58,642 bases of DNA from an uncultured Planctomycetaceae bacterium (GTDB taxonomy: Bacteria > Planctomycetota > Planctomycetia > Pirellulales > PNKZ01): contig CAYLYE010000001.1 of the NCBI GenBank assembly GCA_964387325.1, forward strand, positions 85,453-144,094, written 5' to 3'. The notes under the pieces are model-generated. The model searched no databases and was not told the origin of the DNA. It saw only the letters and a program-made list of their open reading frames with translations. Position 1 is the stretch's first letter; every line of letters starts with the position of its first letter. Below, piece after piece: positions 47,081 through 56,102 of this stretch. Made by a program: the position numbers and the translations under genes.

Positions 47081-48046
47081 TTGGATCGCTGGCGTTGGTG
47101 GGTCATGCTGCTCGGGCCTTGGCCGATTCTAGCGGTCTCGCTGGGGTTGTCGCGCTGGGCGCGGAGCGAACCCTCACCGCCGCCGAGTTTGAACGTCGTG
47201 CGCCGTCTCGTGATCGACGATCCACTCGTGCAAACCGCCTCCTTCGAAGCCGACATCCATGAGCAACTCGCGCTGGCTTGTCGCGGTCGGGCCGACGAGT
47301 TGCGCGAGCAGTTGGGTCCCGCGGCCGCGGTGATCGTTCGCGCGCCGTTTGTCTTGGCCGGCGATCAAACGGCCGACGCGCTCGATGACTGGCATCGGCA
47401 GACGATCGCTCCCGCCGCGCGGGCCCTGCGCAACAGTTATTTCGATACCGCGCCGCATGAGCCGATCAGCGTGTTGCTCTTCGACAACTCGACCAGCTAC
47501 GAGCATCACGCACGACAACTCTTTGGCGATGCCGACGTCAGTATCTACGGCTACTACCGTCCCCATCTGCGCACGATGATCTTGAACGCGGCCACGGGAG
47601 GCGGCACGGTCCTGCATGAGCTGACTCACGCCCTGGCGGCGTTCGACTTTCCGCAAATGCCCGACTGGTTTAATGAAGGCCTCGCCTCGCTGCACGAACA
47701 ATCGCACATCCGCTCCGACGAGTCGGGGGTCGACGGTCTCGTGAACTGGCGGTTGAGCGGTTTGCAGAGTGCGATCGTCGCTGGCCAAGCTCCGTCGCTC
47801 GTCGCGCTGCTGGAGAACAAAAAGTTCCGCGGCGAACAGGTCGGCATGAACTACGCCCAGGCGCGGTATCTGTGTCTGTTTTTGCAACAGCACGGCCGGC
47901 TCGAAGCGTTCTACCGACGGTTTCGCGCCACGCATCGCGACGACCCGCAGGGTCATGCCGCGCTGCTAGCACAGTTTCCTGAACAAAATTTTTTGCAACT
48001 CGACGCCCAATTTCAGAATTGGGTCGCCCAGTTGCCTCGTCCTTAG
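47081..48046 (+). CDS. Putative secreted zinc metallopeptidase-like protein (HExxH; DUF1570-like)
   Basis: VLHELTHALAAFDFPQMPDWFNEGLASLHE contains HExxH plus a downstream Glu. The N-terminus is hydrophobic. ATG 47105 is an alternative start. Confidence 0.65.
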   Translation: MDRWRWWVMLLGPWPILAVSLGLSRWARSEPSPPPSLNVVRRLVIDDPLVQTASFEADIHEQLALACRGRADELREQLGPAAAVIVRAPFVLAGDQTADALDDWHRQTIAPAARALRNSYFDTAPHEPISVLLFDNSTSYEHHARQLFGDADVSIYGYYRPHLRTMILNAATGGGTVLHELTHALAAFDFPQMPDWFNEGLASLHEQSHIRSDESGVDGLVNWRLSGLQSAIVAGQAPSLVALLENKKFRGEQVGMNYAQARYLCLFLQQHGRLEAFYRRFRATHRDDPQGHAALLAQFPEQNFLQLDAQFQNWVAQLPRP

Positions 48047-48085
48047 TGGTTGTTCCATTCCCCCGCTCTGCTATAAATTCACACT

Positions 48086-48865
48086 ATGAATCCCAATCTA
48101 ATTAAGCTGTTCGATTTGACAGGTCGCGTCGCTCTGGTCACCGGAGGGAGCAAAGGGCTGGGCCTCGCCATGGCTCGCGTCTACGCTGAAGCAGGCGCCG
48201 ACGTGTTCATCACCAGCCGGCACGAGGACGAGTTGAAGGCGGCCGTCGCGCAGATCAAGGACGGCAATAGCGGCCGGGTCGAGTATGCTGTCATCGACAT
48301 GACCGATCGCGCCGCGGTCGACAAGCTCGGCAAGTCGGTCGAGGCGAAGCTGGGACGCATCGACATCCTGGTCAACAACGCCGGCTCGAATTTGCCGCAA
48401 CAAATCGACCAGATCAAGGACGCCGATTGGGATCGCCTCGTCGAACTGAACCTGAGTAGCTGTATGGCTTTGGCTCGCGCCGTCACGCCGGGCATGCGCC
48501 AGCGCAAGTGGGGCCGGATCATTCACATCTCGTCGATCATGGGGCTGGCGAGCAAAGAGGGTCGCAATGCCTACTCGGCCACCAAAGCCGCGCTCGTGGG
48601 CATGGCCAAGGCCACCGCGCAAGACGTCGGCGCCGACGGTATCACGGTCAACTGCATTGCCCCAGGACCCTTCCTGACCGACCTGCCGGGCAAGATGCTC
48701 AGCGATGCTGAGAAGAAGGTGTTCGCCGATCGCACGGCACTTGGCCGCTGGGGCCAACCACGCGAGTTGGCTGGGACAGCGTTGCTGCTAGGCAGCGATG
48801 CTGGCAGCTACATCACCGGCACGGTGTTGGTGGTCGACGGCGGCACGCTGTGCAAGACGTTCTGA
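48086..48865 (+). CDS. SDR-family oxidoreductase
   Basis: It has TGGSKGLG (the TGxxxGxG motif), NNAG, and the catalytic YSATK. Confidence 0.9.
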   Translation: MNPNLIKLFDLTGRVALVTGGSKGLGLAMARVYAEAGADVFITSRHEDELKAAVAQIKDGNSGRVEYAVIDMTDRAAVDKLGKSVEAKLGRIDILVNNAGSNLPQQIDQIKDADWDRLVELNLSSCMALARAVTPGMRQRKWGRIIHISSIMGLASKEGRNAYSATKAALVGMAKATAQDVGADGITVNCIAPGPFLTDLPGKMLSDAEKKVFADRTALGRWGQPRELAGTALLLGSDAGSYITGTVLVVDGGTLCKTF

Positions 48866-49086
48866 GATCGTCACTTAGCACAGCGCGTTCAGGGCCTCAA
48901 GCTGCCTTGACCCTCGCGGCGCGCGATACCTATAATCCCGCCCGCTCTTCAGACCCCCAACGGTTTTGCTAACTCCTTTTGCACCTTTGCGCTGGAGCTG
49001 TTCGTGTATCGCGCGCAACTTGTGTTGCTCGTGACTCGCGAGATGGCTTCGGACAGGACGTTGCTCGTTTGCTAACGCGATCGGTC

Positions 49087-52000
49087 ATGGATGATCGAGG
49101 CGAGACGCACCGCGCGCCCCATCGGCGCCGCGCCGTGGGGTTGTGTGCGCTGCTCGCATGGTTCGTCAGCGCGCTCTCGTCGATCGCACAGGCTCAAGTC
49201 GATCTGCCGCGCGGCGATCCCACCGAGCGATTCACTTTCACCGCCCAACGTGCGAGCAAATGGGCTGACGGCACCTACGACGTCTGGTTGTTGCAAGGCG
49301 ATGTTACGCTGCAACAAGGGACCGCGATCGCGCGCAGTCAGGAAGGCGTGTTGTGGATTCGGCGTGGAACCGATCCCAACGAGCAGCTCAACATGGTGAT
49401 TGCGTACCTCGAAGGGAACGTGAACATCAACTATCAACGAGCCGGCTATCCGTATCAACTCACCGATCGCACGTGGCTTGGCGAGTTCTTTTCAGCACAG
49501 CCGATCGAGGCCCGTGCTCCGCCGCCGGGTCCCGAGCCGCCCGTAAAGCCGCCCGTGTTTGCCAACGCGCTCGCGCGGCGCGACCCGATCTCGCCGCAGG
49601 CCGTAGTCCGCACACAGTTTGATCTCCCCACGCCTTCGACCGCGCCGGCCGTACCGGCTCCGACCGTCGTGCCGGCTCCGGTCGGAGCGCCGGTCGTGGG
49701 CGGGGCGCGTCGCATTCGCGCCTTTCCTCGCAGCAGCGTGCCGCTCCAGGTGCGCTTTGAGCCCAACCCCAACGACCCGACCGGCCAGGAACAAATTGTC
49801 ACGGTCCCGACCGGAATCAACCTGATCGTCGATGGTCTGCCGCAGGTCGGTCAGATCGACGTATCGACCGATCGCATGGTGATCTGGACCCAAGGCGTGG
49901 GACTCAATGCCGGAGGCGAGACGACGCAAGACCCCAGCACGCCGCTCGAACTCTACATGGAAGGGAACATTGTCTTCCGCCAAGGAGACCGCGTCGTGCA
50001 TGCCGATCGCATGTACTACGACGTTCGCCGACAGGCGGGTGTGATCCTGGGAGTCGATCTGCTCACGCCACTGCCCGGCTTCCAGGGTATGACGCGCATG
50101 CGCGCCGAGTTGGTGCGGCAACTCGATCAAGACCGGTTCCTGGCCCAGTCGGCATTCATTACGACCAGCCGACTCGGTGCTCCGCGCTATCGTTTGCAGG
50201 CCGAGAACGTCATGTTCCAGGACGTGCAACAGGACGATTTCAACTTCATCAATCAGCCACCGTCGGTCGATCCCTCGCAACCTCAACCGCAACCCCAACT
50301 CAAGCATCAGCAACTCGTCACGTCTCAGAATAATTTTGTCTACCTGGGCAACATTCCGGTCGGCTACTGGCCGGTCTTCTCGGCTGATTTGAACGACCCG
50401 TCGTATTTCTTGCGGGGCATTCGCTTCAAAAACGATCAGGTTCTCGGCACGCAGGTGTACACCGATTGGGATTTGTTCCAACTGCTGGGCATTCGCAACA
50501 AGCCGCAAGGGGTCGATCTGACCGGCAGCTTGGATTACCTCAGCCTGCGCGGGTTCGCCGCCGGGGCCACGCTCGACTATCGCCGCGAAGAACTGTTCGG
50601 CCAACGGGGCGCCCCGACCGGCTTCGCCGACTTCTGGGGACTCAAAGAGAACGGCCTCGATCGACTGGGCAGTGACCGCTACAACCTCGCTAGCGAGGCC
50701 ACCTATCGCTACCGCGGTCAAGGTCGCCACCGACAAACGATCTTCGACGGCTGGGAACTCACCGCCGAGTACGGCGCCATCAGCGATCGTAACTTCCTCG
50801 AACAGTACTTCCGCCGCGAATGGGACCAAGACAAAGATCAGACCACCGGACTGCAACTCAAAAAGATTTGGGACAACCAGTCGCTGGGCATCGCAGCCGA
50901 CGTTCGACTCAACAAGTTCTTCACGCAAACCGAGCGCCTGCCACAAGCCGATCATTATCTGCTCGGCCAATCGCTGCTCTTCGACGCAATCACCTACAAC
51001 GAGCACACGTCGATCGGCTATGACCGGCTCCGCGTGGGCAGCATCCCACTCGATCCGTATCAGGCGTCGATCACGCAGCTGCGCCCCTGGGAGGTCACGG
51101 CTCAAGGCTCGGTCTTGACGACGCGGCACGAACTCGATCTGCCGTTCGCCGCCGGCCCCTTCAAATTTGTCCCCTTCGTGCTCGGCGAATACGGACACTG
51201 GGGACAAGACGTGAACAATCAATCGCTCGACCGACTTTACGGCCAAGCCGGTGTTCGCGCCAGCCTGCCGTTCTGGACCATGAATCCGTATGCCGAGAGC
51301 GAACTGTTCAACGTGCATGGCATCGCACATAAGGTGATGCTCGATGCCGAGTACTCGTATGCGACTACGAACCGTAGCCTGACCTTGCTGCCGTTGTACA
51401 ACCCGCTCGACGACGATGCGCAAGAAGCATTCCGCCGCCGATTTGTGTTCAACACCTTCGGTGGCACGATGCCGAATCAATTCGACGAACGGTCTTACGC
51501 CCTGCGCAGCGGCTTGCAAAATTGGGTCAGCTCACCCACGCCAGAAATTGCCGACAATCTCAGCACCTTCCGCTTAGGCGCACGTCAGCGATGGCAAACC
51601 AAACGCGGCCCGGCCGAAAATCGCCGCATCGTCGATTGGATCACCTTCGACACGAACGTGACCTTGTTCACCGATCCCGATCGTGACAACTTTGGTCAGG
51701 TAGCCGGGTTGGCCAACTACGACTTCCGCTGGCATGTTGGCGACCGACTCACCCTGCTCAGTAATGGAATGTACGACTTCTTCGACCAAGGATTGCACTA
51801 TACGAGTGTCGGCGTAAATCTTACCCGGCCCCCGCGCGTCGGAGCATACCTGGGCTTCTCGACGATCAATGGCCCCGTGCAGTTCAACTCGCTGCTCGCG
51901 CAGATGTCGTATCGCCTGAGTCCCAAATGGATCGCCGCGGCCTTGGCGCTCGTCGACGTCAACAAGCAAGGGATCATCGGCAATCAACTGTCGCTGACCC

Positions 52001-52164
52001 GCGTGGGCGAATCGTTCATGACCAATTTCGCATTCAGCTACGACCGCTACCGACAGAATGTATCGCTGAACTTCACACTCGAGCCGAGGTTCTTGACCCG
52101 CACGCGATTTGGAAACGTCGGGGGCGTCCCGCTACCACCGGCCGGACTGTACGGGCTGGAATAA
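49087..52164 (+). CDS. lptD: LptD-like LPS-assembly outer membrane protein (OstA-like N-terminus plus a large beta-barrel)
   Basis: Signal peptide (GLCALLAWFVSALSSIAQA), OstA-like stretches (VWLLQGDVTLQQG, YMEGNIVFRQGDRVVHADRMYYD), ITTSRLGAPRYRLQAENV, and a long region with alternating aromatic residues ending in an aromatic-rich tail. Confidence 0.7.
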   Translation: MDDRGETHRAPHRRRAVGLCALLAWFVSALSSIAQAQVDLPRGDPTERFTFTAQRASKWADGTYDVWLLQGDVTLQQGTAIARSQEGVLWIRRGTDPNEQLNMVIAYLEGNVNINYQRAGYPYQLTDRTWLGEFFSAQPIEARAPPPGPEPPVKPPVFANALARRDPISPQAVVRTQFDLPTPSTAPAVPAPTVVPAPVGAPVVGGARRIRAFPRSSVPLQVRFEPNPNDPTGQEQIVTVPTGINLIVDGLPQVGQIDVSTDRMVIWTQGVGLNAGGETTQDPSTPLELYMEGNIVFRQGDRVVHADRMYYDVRRQAGVILGVDLLTPLPGFQGMTRMRAELVRQLDQDRFLAQSAFITTSRLGAPRYRLQAENVMFQDVQQDDFNFINQPPSVDPSQPQPQPQLKHQQLVTSQNNFVYLGNIPVGYWPVFSADLNDPSYFLRGIRFKNDQVLGTQVYTDWDLFQLLGIRNKPQGVDLTGSLDYLSLRGFAAGATLDYRREELFGQRGAPTGFADFWGLKENGLDRLGSDRYNLASEATYRYRGQGRHRQTIFDGWELTAEYGAISDRNFLEQYFRREWDQDKDQTTGLQLKKIWDNQSLGIAADVRLNKFFTQTERLPQADHYLLGQSLLFDAITYNEHTSIGYDRLRVGSIPLDPYQASITQLRPWEVTAQGSVLTTRHELDLPFAAGPFKFVPFVLGEYGHWGQDVNNQSLDRLYGQAGVRASLPFWTMNPYAESELFNVHGIAHKVMLDAEYSYATTNRSLTLLPLYNPLDDDAQEAFRRRFVFNTFGGTMPNQFDERSYALRSGLQNWVSSPTPEIADNLSTFRLGARQRWQTKRGPAENRRIVDWITFDTNVTLFTDPDRDNFGQVAGLANYDFRWHVGDRLTLLSNGMYDFFDQGLHYTSVGVNLTRPPRVGAYLGFSTINGPVQFNSLLAQMSYRLSPKWIAAALALVDVNKQGIIGNQLSLTRVGESFMTNFAFSYDRYRQNVSLNFTLEPRFLTRTRFGNVGGVPLPPAGLYGLE

Positions 52165-52261
52165 TCGATTCAATCGGACCGTTATTCGTCAGCTATAATT
52201 CCTTCGCCGTAACTCTTGGCGACTCCATCTCTCTCCGGGGCCGCGATGGTTTTGGCACACG

Positions 52262-52320
52262 GATGCGGAGTCCACGGGGTAACTCTCTCTCCTACCCTTT
52301 GGCTCCGCATCTCTTTTTTT
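52262..52320 (+). terminator. Terminator candidate after the lptD-like gene
   Basis: gatgcggag (52262-52270) pairs with ctccgcatc (52303-52311) and is followed by tcttttttt. The loop is long at ~32 nt, which weakens the call. Confidence 0.5.
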
Positions 52321-52721
52321 GCGCGCAATTCTTGGCCGTGCAAATTTTTTTGCGAACCTTGCTGTCTCGGTTCGCACCCCCCGAGCATCAGTGGTTTTCT
52401 GGTTGAATCCCCACGAAAGGGTGAATTCGAGCACTTAAAATCACACATTAAGATTACCCATTTTATCAATACAACCCACACCACCAAGCGTGGATTGTGG
52501 TCGGCAGATACATCGAGCAAGACAGATAAAACAAGATGGACTGAGATGTTTGACTAGCCTGGGATGAATGAATAAGATTCGCGAGTTCTCGTAATGGGTC
52601 GCATGCGTTATCTGGATCGTTTTCGGAAGCAGGGATGACTAGCGAGAATTATTCACCTCGGGTGTAAACCTCTCTGTTGTAGAGAGGCCATTTTTTAGGT
52701 CTTCATTTCTGGAGAGAGAAA

Positions 52722-53075
52722 ATGAAGAAGTTGATTGCTCGTTTGTGGGCCGAGAACGATGGCGCCATCGTGTCGGCCGAGATCATGCTTGTCACCAGCA
52801 TCCTGGTGTTGGGCGTGATCGTGGGTCTCAAGAGCCTGCGTGACTCGGTCGTGACCGAGTTGGCCGACGTGGCTCAAGCACTGGCCAATGTGGACCAGTC
52901 GAGTTTCTACAGTGGCACGGCCGGCCACCATGCCAGCACGGGCGGTCTGCTCTTTAGCGACCTGCCTGACTTTTGCGACACCAATCCTGGATTGGCCGGC
53001 GTGCAAGAGTCGAAGTGCGTCACGATTTGCAGCTCGCTGCTGCATCCCAATGGAGTCGGCGCCGACGGCCTATAA
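52722..53075 (+). CDS. Flp/TadE-like N-terminus protein with a conserved GHHA/Cys C-terminal module, paralog 1
   Basis: It reads MKKLIARLWAENDGAIVSAEIMLVTSILVLGVIVGL (compare Flp G-ATAIEY-hydrophobic), then YSGTAGHHASTGGLLFSDLPDFCD and KCVTIC. GGAGAG lies upstream of the ATG. Confidence 0.7.
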   Translation: MKKLIARLWAENDGAIVSAEIMLVTSILVLGVIVGLKSLRDSVVTELADVAQALANVDQSSFYSGTAGHHASTGGLLFSDLPDFCDTNPGLAGVQESKCVTICSSLLHPNGVGADGL

Positions 53076-53134
53076 GCCAGCGCAGTCCTTGGGCTCGTTT
53101 CTACTTTGATCTCTTTCACACAGGATAATTCATC

Positions 53135-53482
53135 ATGATGTTGCAACGTTTTTGGAATGAAGAAGATGGCGCGATCGTTTCGGCCGAGATTATGCTCGTT
53201 ATGAGCATTCTCGTGCTCGGCGTGATCGTCGGGTTGAAGAGCGTCCGTGACTCGGTCGTCACCGAGTTGGCTGACGTGGCCCAAGCTTTGGCCAACGTCG
53301 ACCAATCGGTGTTCTACAGCGCCACGTCCGGCCACCATGCCTTTACCGGTGGCTTGTTCTTCAACGATCTGCCCGACTTCTGCGATACGAGTGATCCCAT
53401 CGCCGAAGGTCAGCAATCGAAGTGCGTGGTCATTTGTGCTTCGGCGATCCATCCCAATGGCGCCGGCGCCGACGGTTTCTAA
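53135..53482 (+). CDS. Flp/TadE-like N-terminus protein with the GHHA/Cys module, paralog 2
   Basis: It is a tandem duplicate of 52722..53075. The proteins are highly similar, while many DNA differences fall at third codon positions. Confidence 0.7.
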   Translation: MMLQRFWNEEDGAIVSAEIMLVMSILVLGVIVGLKSVRDSVVTELADVAQALANVDQSVFYSATSGHHAFTGGLFFNDLPDFCDTSDPIAEGQQSKCVVICASAIHPNGAGADGF

Positions 53483-53521
53483 GTCGATTTCGTTCGTGTA
53501 ACGCGAACGATTGTCTTAAAC

Positions 53522-53555
53522 GCGAAGCCACGAGGCTGCAACCTCGTGGCTTCGC
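53522..53555. terminator. Strong hairpin between convergent genes, a candidate bidirectional terminator
   Basis: The 14-bp stem gcgaagccacgagg (53522-53535) pairs with cctcgtggcttcgc (53542-53555) across the loop ctgcaa. Confidence 0.65.
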
Positions 53556-53727
53556 GGCTTTCTATCGCCGCGGCTTTTCAACCAAGGCCTCGCCGCGGAT
53601 CACCCACACGACCGACGATGCGCTCGGCCAACCCTAGAAGGAGAGAGAGTTTCCAGGATCGACCTCACGATTCATCACGTCATGCAACGGCAACCCGCGG
53701 CGAATGGGCCAGGCTGACTCCTCGCGG

Positions 53728-54915
53728 CTACTTGACGATCAATTGCACCTCGGGCAACGCCTGCTGCAGCCGATGCAGCCCCACTTCGGTCACTCGCGTC
53801 CCTTGCAACTCAAACAACGCGAGTTGCTTCAGGCTGCGAGCGGGTACCAACCCCGCGTCGCTCACGCTGCACTCGATGATGTGCAACTCACGCAGCGCCG
53901 GCAGATTCAACAAGTGTACGAACACACCGTCGGTCACAGAGGTCTGAATCAGATACAGCGTTTGTAAGTGCTTCAGATCGGCCAGTGCGGCGATCCCATC
54001 ATCCGTGATCTGCAAACCACTGATGCACAGGGCCCGTGTGTTCTTGAGCGCGGCGATCCGTTTCAACTCGTCGTTCGTACCGTTGATCACCTTGATCAGG
54101 TTGCCATCGTTGGGCAGTGGTAACGTCGTCGCAGCGACACGCTGCGCGCCTGGTTGACCGACCGCGCCATGATGCGGGTGCATCGCGTGCGGAGCATGAT
54201 GGCCTCCGATCGCTCCATAGCCGACACCGTACTGCGCACCGGGAGGCGGGAAGCTAATGATCGAGCCCTCCGGTTGACCGTAGCCCAGGCGAGCGTGCCC
54301 GTGGCCGTAACCGTAGGCCGGAGCGGGACCGCACGTGCGGCAACCAAGCTGACCACAAATCGGCGCGGCGACGGTGACCCCCTTCGAGTAGGCGTAACCT
54401 TGCTGGGGCACCACGTGCAATCGCGGCTGAGGCACAACAGGCGCCGGAGCCGGCTGAGGTGCCGTGGCAACCGCTCGCGGCGGAGCGGCTAGGGGCGGTG
54501 CGATCGCGGCCGGTGCCGGATTCGCTGGGGCGGGGGGCACGGGATTCGCCGCTGCCGGATTCGCTGCCCCGACGTTGGGCGGCGGTGGCAGTGTGTAGCC
54601 AAACACATCAGCACAGGTCACGATCCGCTCACGCGGCGCGGCTGCCAGACGTTGATCGACGCAATCTTTCTGATCGATGTAGATGCTCCCAGCGGTGAAG
54701 GCATGATGACCCGCCACACCCGAGAAGCAAAACGATTGATCGATCGAACCGAGCGCCTCGGCCAGATCAGCCAGCTCCGTGTTCACCGCATCGCGCAGGC
54801 CCGTGAGCCCAACCGCACTGCCGAGCACGAGCGCCGAGCCGACCATCACGATCTCGCTCGAGAGCACAAAGCCCTCCTCCTCAAACCACAGTTTTTTCCA
54901 CATGCGACTGTTCAT
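53728..54915 (-). CDS. Flp/TadE-like N-terminus plus GHHA module, fused to a Pro-rich/His-Gly-Tyr-rich linker and C-terminal leucine-rich repeats (paralog 3)
   Basis: It reads MNSRMWKKLWFEEEGFVLSSEIVMVGSALVLGSAVGL, then FSGVAGHHAFTAGSIY, a PAPANPAPA-type linker, GGHHAPHAMHPHHG, and LRRs (LKHLQTLYLIQTSVTDGVFVHLLNLPALRELHIIECSVSD). The start is ATG 54915 or 54903. Confidence 0.75.
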   Translation of the reverse strand: MNSRMWKKLWFEEEGFVLSSEIVMVGSALVLGSAVGLTGLRDAVNTELADLAEALGSIDQSFCFSGVAGHHAFTAGSIYIDQKDCVDQRLAAAPRERIVTCADVFGYTLPPPPNVGAANPAAANPVPPAPANPAPAAIAPPLAAPPRAVATAPQPAPAPVVPQPRLHVVPQQGYAYSKGVTVAAPICGQLGCRTCGPAPAYGYGHGHARLGYGQPEGSIISFPPPGAQYGVGYGAIGGHHAPHAMHPHHGAVGQPGAQRVAATTLPLPNDGNLIKVINGTNDELKRIAALKNTRALCISGLQITDDGIAALADLKHLQTLYLIQTSVTDGVFVHLLNLPALRELHIIECSVSDAGLVPARSLKQLALFELQGTRVTEVGLHRLQQALPEVQLIVK

Positions 54916-55061
54916 ATCTCTCGCACCTTTCCGTTTCACTTGTTTCAGCCTGACTTGCCTTGCCCACGTCAATCACTTTCGCGGTGACGGTCGTTATGCA
55001 ATACACAAACCGTGGTGATGCGAAGGTGAGGCTATGGTGAAGCGCCTCGAAAAATAATTGG

Positions 55062-55925
55062 TCAAATCGGTCGTTGGAACTCGCCACTCTCCAGCCAGCG
55101 CGGCTGCACAACCGTCCAGAAGTCGACGGCCACATGCTGCTCGATGTACTCATAAGGAAGCCATCCGTAGCCCTGCTCGCCCCATGCGTTGCCCCATGCG
55201 GTGCGAACGAGCAATGCCCCCTTGGTCGAACGGATGCGACGCGTGTCGTCGTAACCGGCCAACACGATCGGCTGCCCACCGAGCATCGTGTCGAACTGGG
55301 TCGGCCAAGGAATGTCGGCCTCGCCAGTGATCGAGTCGGGGACCGCAAAACCCCCGACAATGGCCCAGCCAGCGGCTAAAAAACCACGCACACACTTGAG
55401 CGTGTCGCTGCCGTCTTGCCCGGGAGCATCGAGTCGCACGTAGGCCAGCTCGGACCACTCACGCGCGTATCCATATAACAAGGGATCGCGACGCTCGGCC
55501 GCTTGCGTCCACAGTCTTTGTGGCGGAGCACCATAACGAACGAGTGCTTTAAGCACTTGGCGAATTTGCTCGGCCGATGCAGAACTCCCTCCGAGACGGG
55601 CAGCCACGTCCTGCAAAAAGTCGGCCGATAAGTCGAGCAACCGCCCCGACGCGCGACGCTCGAAGTATTGCACCAACGCGACACAACTCGCGGCCGTGGC
55701 GGTCGCCGCCGAACGGCTCTCGCCAATCGGTGCAAAATACTCGCGCAGGTCACAGCGGTTCGGCAACGCGCCCCGGGCGCGACGTCCCAAGCTGCTCCAC
55801 CAGAGCCGCGCACGTTCGGCGTCGTAAAGCCAATCACGTGGATCGGGACAGTCGCGGATCCACGCCGGCGCAGCAAGGGTGATGGGAAGCATCATGAAAG
55901 GGGAGGCTCGACGTGCCTTCTGCAT
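55062..55925 (-). CDS. Papain-like (C1 family) peptidase homolog, apparently lacking the catalytic His and Asn
   Basis: The C-terminal part GGQPIVLAGYDD...LLVRTAWGNAWGEQGYGWLPYEY is colinear with the C1 motifs GGHAVxxVGYDD and NSWGxxWGxxGY. CDLREYF...AASCVAL corresponds to the active-site Cys region. Confidence 0.7.
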   Translation of the reverse strand: MQKARRASPFMMLPITLAAPAWIRDCPDPRDWLYDAERARLWWSSLGRRARGALPNRCDLREYFAPIGESRSAATATAASCVALVQYFERRASGRLLDLSADFLQDVAARLGGSSASAEQIRQVLKALVRYGAPPQRLWTQAAERRDPLLYGYAREWSELAYVRLDAPGQDGSDTLKCVRGFLAAGWAIVGGFAVPDSITGEADIPWPTQFDTMLGGQPIVLAGYDDTRRIRSTKGALLVRTAWGNAWGEQGYGWLPYEYIEQHVAVDFWTVVQPRWLESGEFQRPI

Positions 55926-56102
55926 CCAGGGTACCGCGTTACCTCAACACGGTGTGACAGAAGTCTGGCGTCGACGGCCGCGCATGCCTACCGAAGCTCT
56001 AGCGACGCTCCGGTGGAGATCTGGCGAAGCACATTCCCCATGCGTGGGAGAATTTTTTCCCGAAATTTTTCTCGCCGCTGATAAACGAGCCAGGCAAGTG
56101 CG

